Shown one piece after another: positions 55,301 to 64,000 of a stretch of 64,000 nt of DNA. Under the pieces are notes generated by a model. It had not been told where the DNA came from and made no database searches. It saw only the letters and a list, made by a program, of their open reading frames with translations. Positions within the stretch are counted from its first letter, which is position 1. Every line of letters begins with the position of its first letter. Source of the DNA: Tubiluchus corallicola (taxonomy: Eukaryota; Animalia; Priapulida); contig JAQGDQ010000048.1 of the NCBI GenBank assembly GCA_030141605.1, forward strand, positions 434,001 through 498,000. Direction: 5' to 3'. A program made the translations under genes and the position numbers.

Positions 55301-58300
55301 AATATGATGCCAGTTTACCTACACCATTCCATGCAGAAAATGGCGCTGCTGCTGATGCAACAGGTAAAATGGTTAAAATGGTAGATGTAGAGGAACCTGC
55401 CAATGCAGCCAAGCTAATGGACTATGACGACAGTGTAATACAGAGAGCTGCCATGTCAGATCAAGCTGTAAAAAGTTCTCAGCTATCTGTAGATGAAGAA
55501 ACTGGCAAGGTGGCTGAAATGGCTGCACACTCAGAAGCCTTTAGCAGTGACAGTCACTCCACTACCGCTTCCTCAGATGATAATAAGGGGGCATTAACAG
55601 CATCTGTACCAAACTTTTCAGGCATAGAATATGATGAATCAATGATGCCATGTTTTAGAAAAGGCAGTGATGAGGCTGGTAATGTGTTATCCTTGCCACA
55701 AGCCATTCTGTCTGATGTGTCTGTTGATGAAACTATCATCACCCAAATTTGTTCTTCCGAAGAAGTTGGTGATAGCCACGGTTTGAGTGTCTCCACTAGT
55801 GATGTTGATACAGATTTATCACAGGCCACAATTCTCCCACAATATGATGACAGTTTACCTACACCATTACATGCAGAAAATGGCGCTGCTGCTGACACAG
55901 CCAGTAAAATGGTTAAATCTGGTGATGTAGAAGAAACGGCTAATGCAGCCAAGCTAATGGACTATGATGAGAGTGTAACACAGAGAGCTGCCATGTCAGA
56001 TCGGGCTGTAAAAAGTCCTCAGCTATCTGTAGGTGAAGAAATTGGCAGGGTGGCTAAGGCTGAAATGGCTGCACACTCAGAAGCCTTTAGCAGTGACAGT
56101 CACTCCACTACCTCTTGCTCAGATGATAATAGGGGGGCATCAACAGCATCTGTGTCAAACTTTTTGGGCATAGAAAATGGTGAATCAATGACAGCTTGTC
56201 TTGCAAAAGACGGCGATGAGGCTGGTAATGTGATATCCTTGCCACAAGCCATTCTGTCTCGTGTGTCAGTTGATGGAACTATCGTCACCCAAATTGGTTC
56301 TTCCGAAGAAGTTGGTGATAGCCACGGTTTGAGTTTCTCCACTAGTGATGTTGATACAGATTTATCACAGACCACAATTCTCCCACAATATGATGCCAGT
56401 TTACCTACACCATTCCATGCAGAAAATGGCGCTGCTGCTGATGCAACAGGTAAAATGGTTAAAATGGTAGATGTAGAGGAACCTGCCAATGCAGCCAAGC
56501 TAATGGACTATGACGACAGTGTAATACAGAGAGCTGCCATGTCAGATCAAGCTGTAAAAAGTTCTCAGCTATCTGTAGATGAAGAAACTGGCAAGGTGGC
56601 TGAAATGGCTGCACACTCAGAAGCTTTTAGCAGTGACAGTCACTCCACTACTGCTTCCTCAGATGATAATAAGGGGGCATTAACAGCATCTGTACCAAAC
56701 TTTTCAGGCATAGAATATGATGAATCAATGACAGCTTGTCTTAGAAAAGACGGTGATGAGGCTGGTAATGTGTTATCCTTGCCACAAGCCATTCTGTCTG
56801 ATGTGTCTGTTGATGAAACTATCATCACCCAAATTTGTTCTTCCGAAGAAGTTGGTGATAGCCACGGTTTGAGTGTCTCCACTAGTGATGTTGATACAGA
56901 TTTATCACAGACCACAATTCTCCCACAATATGATGACAGTTTACCTACACCATTACATGCAGAAAATGGCGCTGCTGCTGATGCAACAGGTAAAATGGTT
57001 AAAATGGTAGATGTAGAGGAACCTGCCAATGCAGCCAAGCTAATGGACTATGACGACAGTGTAATACAGAGTGCTGCCATGTCAGATTGGGCTGTAAAAA
57101 GTCCTCAGCTATCTGTAGGTGAAGAAATTGGCAGGGTGGCTAAGGCTGAAATGGCTGCACACTCAGAAGCCTTTAGCAGTGACAGTCACTCCACTACCTC
57201 TTGCTCAGATGATAATAGGGGGGCATCAACAGCATCTGTGTCAAACTTTTTGGGCATAGAAAATGGTGAATCAATGACAGCTTGTCTTACAAAAGACGGC
57301 GATGAGGCTGGTAATGTGATATCCTTGCCACAAGCCATTCTGTCTCATGTGTCAGTTGATGGAACTATCGTCACCCAAATTGGTTCTTCCGAAGAAGTTG
57401 GTGATAGCCACGGTTTGAGTTTCTCCACTAGTGATGTTGATACAGATTTATCACAGACCACAATTCTCCCACAATATGATGCCAGTTTACCTACACCATT
57501 CCATGCAGAAAATGGCGCTGCTGCTGATGCAACAGGTAAAATGGTTAAAATGGTAGATGTAGAGGAACCTGCCAATGCAGCCAAGCTAATGGACTATGAC
57601 GACAGTGTAATACAGAGAGCTGCCATGTCAGATCAAGCTGTAAAAAGTTCTCAGCTATCTGTAGATGAAGAAACTGGCAAGGTGGCTGAAATGGCTGCAC
57701 ACTCAGAAGCTTTTAGCAGTGACAGTCACTCCACTACCGCTTCCTCAGATGATAAGAAGGGGGCATTAACAGCATCTGTACCAAACTTTTCAGGCATAGA
57801 ATATGATGAATCAATGATGCCATGTTTTAGAAAAGACGGTGATGAGGCTGGTAATGTGTTATCCTTGCCACAAGCCATTCTGTCTGATGTGTCTGTTGAT
57901 GAAACTATCATCACCCAAATTTGTTCTTCCGAAGAAGTTGGTGATAGCCACGGTTTGAGTGTCTCCACTAGTGATGTTGATACAGATTTATCACAGACCA
58001 CAATTCTCCCACAATATGATGACAGTTTACCTACACCATTACATGCAGAAAATGGCGCTGCTGCTGATGCAACAGGTAAAATGGTTAAAATGGTAGATGT
58101 AGAGGAACCTGCCAATGCAGCCAAGCTAATGGACTATGACGACAGTGTAATACAGAGTGCTGCCATGTCAGATTGGGCTGTAAAAAGTCCTCAGCTATCT
58201 GTAGGTGAAGAAATTGGCAGGGTGGCTAAGGCTGAAATGGCTGCACACTCAGAAGCCTTTAGCAGTGACAGTCACTCCACTACCTCTTGCTCAGATGATA

Positions 58301-61300
58301 ATAGGGGGGCATCAACAGCATCTGTGTCAAACTTTTTGGGCATAGAAAATGGTGAATCAATGACAGCTTGTCTTACAAAAGACGGCGATGAGGCTGGTAA
58401 TGTGATATCCTTGCCACAAGCCATTCTGTCTCATGTGTCAGTTGATGGAACTATCGTCACCCAAATTGGTTCTTCCGAAGAAGTTGGTGATAGCCACGGT
58501 TTGAGTTTCTCCACTAGTGATGTTGATACAGATTTATCACAGACCACAATTCTCCCACAATATGATGCCAGTTTACCTACACCATTCCATGCAGAAAATG
58601 GCGCTGCTGCTGATGCAACAGGTAAAATGGTTAAAATGGTAGATGTAGAGGAACCTGCCAGTGCAGCCAAGCTAATGGACTATGACGACAGTGTAATACA
58701 GAGAGCTGCCATGTCAGATCAAGCTGTAAAAAGTTCTCAGCTATCTGTAGATGAAGAAACTGGCAAGGTGGCTGAAATGGCTGCACACTCAGAAGCTTTT
58801 AGCAGTGACAGTCACTCCACTACCGCTTCCTCAGATGATAATAAGGGGGCATTAACAGCATCTGTACCAAACTTTTCAGGCATAGAATATGATGAATCAA
58901 TGATGCCATGTTTTAGAAAAGACGGTGATGAGGCTGGTAATGTGTTATCCTTGCCACAAGCCATTCTGTCTGATGTGTCTGTTGATGAAACTATCATCAC
59001 CCAAATTTGTTCTTCCGAAGAAGTTGGTGATAGCCACGGTTTGAGTGTCTCCACTAGTGATGTTGATACAGATTTATCACAGACCACAATTCTCCCACAA
59101 TATGATGACAGTTTACCTACACCATTACATGCAGAAAATGGCGCTGCTGCTGACACAGCCAGTAAAATGGTTAAATCTGGTGATGTAGAAGAAACCGCTA
59201 ATGCAGCCAAGCTAATGGATTATGATGACAGTGTAACACAGAGAGCTTCCATTTCAGGTCGTGCTGTAAAAAGTCCTCAGTTATCTGTAGGTGAAGAAAT
59301 TGGCAAGGCGGCTAAGGCTGAAATGGCTGCACACTCAGAAGCCTTTAGCAGTGACAGTCACTCCATTATAGCTGCTGCAAGTGATGACACTGAAGCATCA
59401 ACAGCATCTGTGTCAAACTTTCTGAGCATAGAAAATGATGAATCAATGACAGCTTGTCTTACAAAAGATGGCGATGAGGCTGGTAATGTGTTATCCTTGC
59501 CACAAGACATTCTGTCTGGTGTGTCAGTTGATGGAACTATCGTCACCCAAATTGGTTCTTCCGAAGAAGTTGTTGATAGCCACGGTTTGAGTGTCTCCAC
59601 TAGTGATGTTGATACAGATTTATCACAGACCACAATTCTCCCACAATATGATGACAGTTTACCTACACCATTTCATGCAGAAAATGGACCTGCTGTTGAA
59701 GCAACATATAAAATGGTAGATGTAGAGAAAACTGCCAATGCAGCCAAACTAATGGACTATGATGAGAGTGTAACACAGAGAGCTGCCATGTCAGATCGGG
59801 CTGTAAAAAGTCCTCAGCTATCTGTAGGTGAAGAAATTGGCAGGGTGGCTAAGGCTGAAATGGCTGCACACTCAGAAGCCTTTAGCAGTGACAGTCACTC
59901 CACTACTTCTTGCTCAGATGATAATAGGGGGGCATTAACAGCATCTGTACCAAACTTTTCGTGCTTAGAAAATGATGAATCAATGACAGCTTGTCTTACA
60001 AAAGACGGCGATGAGGCTGGTAATGTGTTATCGTTGCCACAAGCCATTCTGTCTGGTGTGTCAGTTGATGGAACTATCATCACCAAAATTGGTTCTTCTA
60101 AAGAAGTTGGGGATAGCTACAGTTTGAGTGCCTCCACTAATGATGTTGATACAGATTTATCACAGACCACATTTCTGCCACAATGTGACGGTAGTTTACC
60201 TACAGAAAATGGTGCTGCTGCTAACGCAACAGGTGAAATGGTTAAATCGGTAGATGTAGAGGAAACTGCCAATGCAGTCAAGCTAATGGACTATGACAAG
60301 AGTGTCACACAGAGAGCTGCCATGTCAAATCTTGCTGTTAAAAGTTCTCAGCTATCGGTAGATGAAGAAACTGGCAAGGTGGCTGAAATGGCTGCACACT
60401 CAGAAGCCTTTAGCAGTGACAGTCACTCCACTACCGCTTCCTCAGATGATAATAAGGGGGCATTAACAGCATCTGTACCAAACTTTTCAGGCATAGAATA
60501 TGATGAATCAATGATGCCATGTTTTAGAAAAGACAGTGATGAGGCTGGTAATGTGTTTTCCTTGCCACAAGCCATTCTGTCTGATGTGTCTGTTGATGAA
60601 ACTATCATCACCCAAATTTGTTCTTCCGAAGAAGTTGGTGATAGCCACGGTTTGAGTGCCTCCACTAGTGATGTTGATACAGATTTATCACAGACCAGAA
60701 TTCTCCCACAATATGATGACAGTTTACCTACACCATTGCATGCAGAAAATGGCGCTGCTGCTGACACAGCCAGTAAAATGTTTAAATCTGGTGATGTAGA
60801 AGAAACCGCTAATGCAGCCAAGCTAATGGATTATGATGACAGTGTAACACAGAGAGCTGCCATTTCAGGTCGTGCTGTAAAAAGTTCTCGGCTATCTGTA
60901 GGTGAAGAAATTGGCAAGGTGGCTAAGGCTGAAATGGCTGCACACTCAGAAGCCTTTAGCAGTGACAGTCACTCCATTATAGCTGCTGCAAGTGATGACA
61001 CTGAAGCATCAACAGCATCTGTGTCAAACTTTCTGGGCATAGAAAATGATGAATCAATGACAGCTTGTCTTACAAAAGATGGCGATGAGGCTGGTAATGT
61101 GATATCCTTGCCACAAGCCATTCTGTCTCGTGTGTCAGTTGATGGAACTATCGTCACCCAAATTGGTTCTTCCGAAGAAGTTGGTGATAGCCACGGTTTG
61201 AGTGTCTCCACTAGTGATGTTGATACAGATTTATCACAGACCACAATTCTCCCACAATATGATGCCAGTTTACCTACACCATTCCATGCAGAAAATGGTG

Positions 61301-64000
61301 CTGCTGCTGATGCAACAGGTAAAATGGTTAAAATGCTAGATGTAGAGGAACCTGCCAATGCAGCCAAGCTAATGGACTATGACGACAGTGTAATACAGAG
61401 AGCTGCCATGTCAGATCAAGCTGTAAAAAGTTCTCAGCTATCTGTAGTTGAAGAAACTGGCAAGGTGGCTGAAATGGCTGCACACTCAGAAGCCTTTAGC
61501 AGTGACAGTCACTCCACTACCGCTTCCTCAGATGATAATAAGGGGGCATTAACAGCATCTGTACCAAACTTTTCAGGCATAGAATATGATGAATCAATGA
61601 TGCCATGTTTTAGAAAAGACAGTGATGAGGCTGGTAATGTGTTATCCTTGCCACAAGCCATTCTGTCTCGTGTGTCAGTTGATGGAACTATCGTCACCCA
61701 AATTGGTTCTTCCGAAGAAGTTGGTGATAGCCACGGTTTGAGTGTCTCCACTAGTGATGTTGATACAGATTTATCACAGACCACAATTCTCCCACAATAT
61801 GATGCCAGTTTACCTACACCATTCAATGCAGAAAATGGCGCTGCTGCTGATGCAACAGGTAAAATGGTTAAAATGGTAGATGTAGAGGAACCTGCCAATG
61901 CAGCCAAGCTAATGGACTATGACGACAGTGTAATACAGAGTGCTGCCATGTCAGATCAAGCTGTAAAAAGTTCTCAGCTATCTGTAGATGAAGAAACTGG
62001 CAAGGTGGCTGAAATGGCTGCACACTCAGAAGCCTTTAGCAGTGACAGTCACTCCACTACCGCTTCCTCAGATGATAATAAGTGGGTATTAACAGCATCT
62101 GTACCAAACTTTTCAGGCATAGAATATGATGAATCAATGATGCCATGTTTTAGAAAAGACAGTGATGAGGCTGGTAATGTGTTATCCTTGCCACAAGCCA
62201 TTCTGTCTGATGTGTCTGTTGATGAAACTATCATCACCCAAATTTGTTCTTCCGAAGAAGTTGGTGATAGCCACGGTTTGAGTGTCTCCACTAGTGATGT
62301 TGATACAGATTTATCACAGACCACAATTCTCCCACAATATGATGACAGTTTACCTACACCATTACATGCAGAAAATGGCGCTGCTGCTGACACAGCCAGT
62401 AAAATGGTTAAATCTGGTGATGTAGAAGAAACCGCTAATGCAGCCAAGCTAATGGATTATGATGACAGTGTAACACAGAGAGCTGCCATTTCAGGTCGTG
62501 CTGTAAAAAGTCCTCAGCTATCTGTAGGTGAAGAAATTGGCAAGGTGGCTAAGGCTGAAATGGCTGCACACTCAGAAGCCTTTAGCAGTGACAGTCACTC
62601 CATTATAGCTGCTGCAAGTGATGACACTGAAGCATCAACAGCATCTGTGTCAAACTTTCTGGGCATAGAAAATGATGAATCAATGACAGCTTGTCTTACA
62701 AAAGATGGCGATGAGGCTGGTAATGTGTTATCCTTGCCACAAGACATTTTGTCTGGTGTGTCAGTTGATGGAACTATCGTCACCCAAATTGGTTCTTCCG
62801 AAGAAGTTGGTGATAGCCACGGTTTGAGTGTCTCCACTAGTGATGTTGATACAGATTTATCACAGACCACAATTCTCCCACAATATGATGCCAGTTTACC
62901 TACACCATTTCATGCAGAAAATGGACCTGCTGTTGAAGCAACATATAAAATGGTAGATGTAGAGGAACCTGCCAATGCAGCCAAGCTAATGGACTATGAC
63001 GACAGTGTAATACAGAGAGCTGCCATGTCAGATCATGCTGTAAAAAGTTCTCAGCTATCTGTAGATGAAGAAATTGGCAAGGTGGCTGAAGCTGAAATGG
63101 CTGTTCACTCAAAAGCGTTTGACTCTGACAATCTCTCCATTACAGCTGCTGCAAGTGATGACATTGAAGCATCAACAGCATCTCTGTCAAATTTTCTGGG
63201 CATAGAAAATGGTGAATCAATGACAGCTTGTCTTACAAAAGACGGCGATGAGGCTGGTAATGTGATATCCTTGCCACAAGACATTCTGTCTGGTGTGTCA
63301 GTTGATGGAACTATCGTCACCCAAATTGGTTCTTCCGAAGAAGTTGTTGATAGCCACGGTTTGAGTGTCTCCACTAGTGATGTTGATACAGATTTATCAC
63401 AGACCACAATTCTCCCACAATATGATGACAGTTTACCTGTGCCATTGCATGCAGGAAATGGTGCTGCTGTTGACACAGCCAGTAAAATGGTTAAATCTGG
63501 TGATGTAGGAGAAACCGCCAATGCAGCCAAGCTAATGGATTATGACGAGAGTATGTCACAGGGCGCCGCCGTATCACACCTTGCTGCAAAATGTTCTCGG
63601 CTATTAGTATATGAAGAAACTGGCAAGGTGGCTGAAGCTGAAATGACTGTGCACTCAAAAGCCTTTGACACTGACAGTCTCTCCATTACATCTGCTGCAA
63701 GTGATGACATTAAAGCATCAACAGCATCTGTGTCAAACTTTTTGGGCATAGAAAATGGTGAATCAATGACAGCTTGTCTTACAAAAGACGGCGATGAGGC
63801 TGGTAATGTGGTATCCTTGCCACAAGCCATTCTGTCTCGTGTGTCAGTTGATGGAACTATTGTCACCCAAATTGGTTCTTCCGAAGAAGTTGGTGATAGC
63901 CACGGTTTGAGTGTCTCCACTAGTGATGTTGATACAGATTTATCACAGACCACAATTCTCCCACAATATGATGCCAGTTTACCTACACCATTTCATGCAG
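40385..64000 (+). CDS. STARD9: Giant exon (>23.6 kb): ~720 aa unique acidic disordered region, then ~40 repeats of 176-182 aa; 3 apparent frameshifts
   Basis: tttttcag acceptor at 40384, phase 0, in frame with ORF 40406; ORFs 40406-44245, 44224-50526 and 50526-52916 overlap end to end; the ORF track lists no + ORF terminating after ~52.9 kb, consistent with a frame open to the window end. Confidence 0.8.
42545..64000 (+). repeat. Coding tandem array, ~540-546 bp unit, 39 complete units + 1 partial
   Basis: Unit anchor (gacagtcactcc / gacaatctctcc) recurs at 42553, 43087, 43627, 44173, 44712, 45258 ... 62595, 63132, 63678; spacings of 528/534/537/540/546. Confidence 0.98.

Larger units (their letters stand above)
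5988..64000 (+). other. STARD9: Kinesin-3 gene, STARD9/KIF16A-like (5' and 3' ends outside the window)
   Basis: Spliced exons give P-loop [19 protein letters not shown], switch [12 protein letters not shown], switch II DLAGSE, a long Ser/Gly-rich loop-12 insertion, neck DANVRLIRELRAEI, PHLIGLDDDVLSTGVIIYHL and an FHA domain, then a giant tail exon. GLTPRICE, HxxSSRSH, the L12 insertion and the giant exon match recalled human STARD9 better than KIF16B. Confidence 0.8.

Noticed and set aside
42553-63953. About 40 similar minus-strand ORFs (MAALAVSSTS..., 63-174 aa) that look like a tandem gene cluster
   Set aside because: They are antisense shadows of the + strand repeat, are interrupted by stops in each unit, and lack promoter or splice support; the + frame is the one kept open and spliced to the kinesin.
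42545-64000. CRISPR array or non-coding satellite interpretation of the array
   Set aside because: Units are ~540 bp with no unique spacers, the context is eukaryotic, and the array is in frame with an exon.

Overview
AT-rich eukaryotic (animal, probably invertebrate) genomic DNA. Almost the whole window is one + strand multi-exon kinesin-3 gene that looks like an orthologue of STARD9/KIF16A. I traced 23 phase-compatible GT-AG exons from 5988 onward, encoding the motor domain, neck/CC1, FHA domain, a coiled coil and a long disordered tail. The first motor exons and the 3' end (expected START domain) lie outside the window. The last exon starts at 40385 and runs off the window (>23.6 kb). From ~42.55 kb it is a protein-coding tandem array of ~40 units of 528-546 bp (176-182 aa) with higher-order structure; 36 of 39 complete units have lengths divisible by 3, and three frameshifts sit at or near block junctions. 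The 13-kb intron (20860-33802) holds an antisense, intronless BTB-BACK gene with one frameshift and its own TATA box, a decayed Tc1/mariner element, a MITE-like hairpin and a minisatellite carrying nuclear-receptor DR1-like sites. Gene identities rest on my recall of family motifs; no database search was run.
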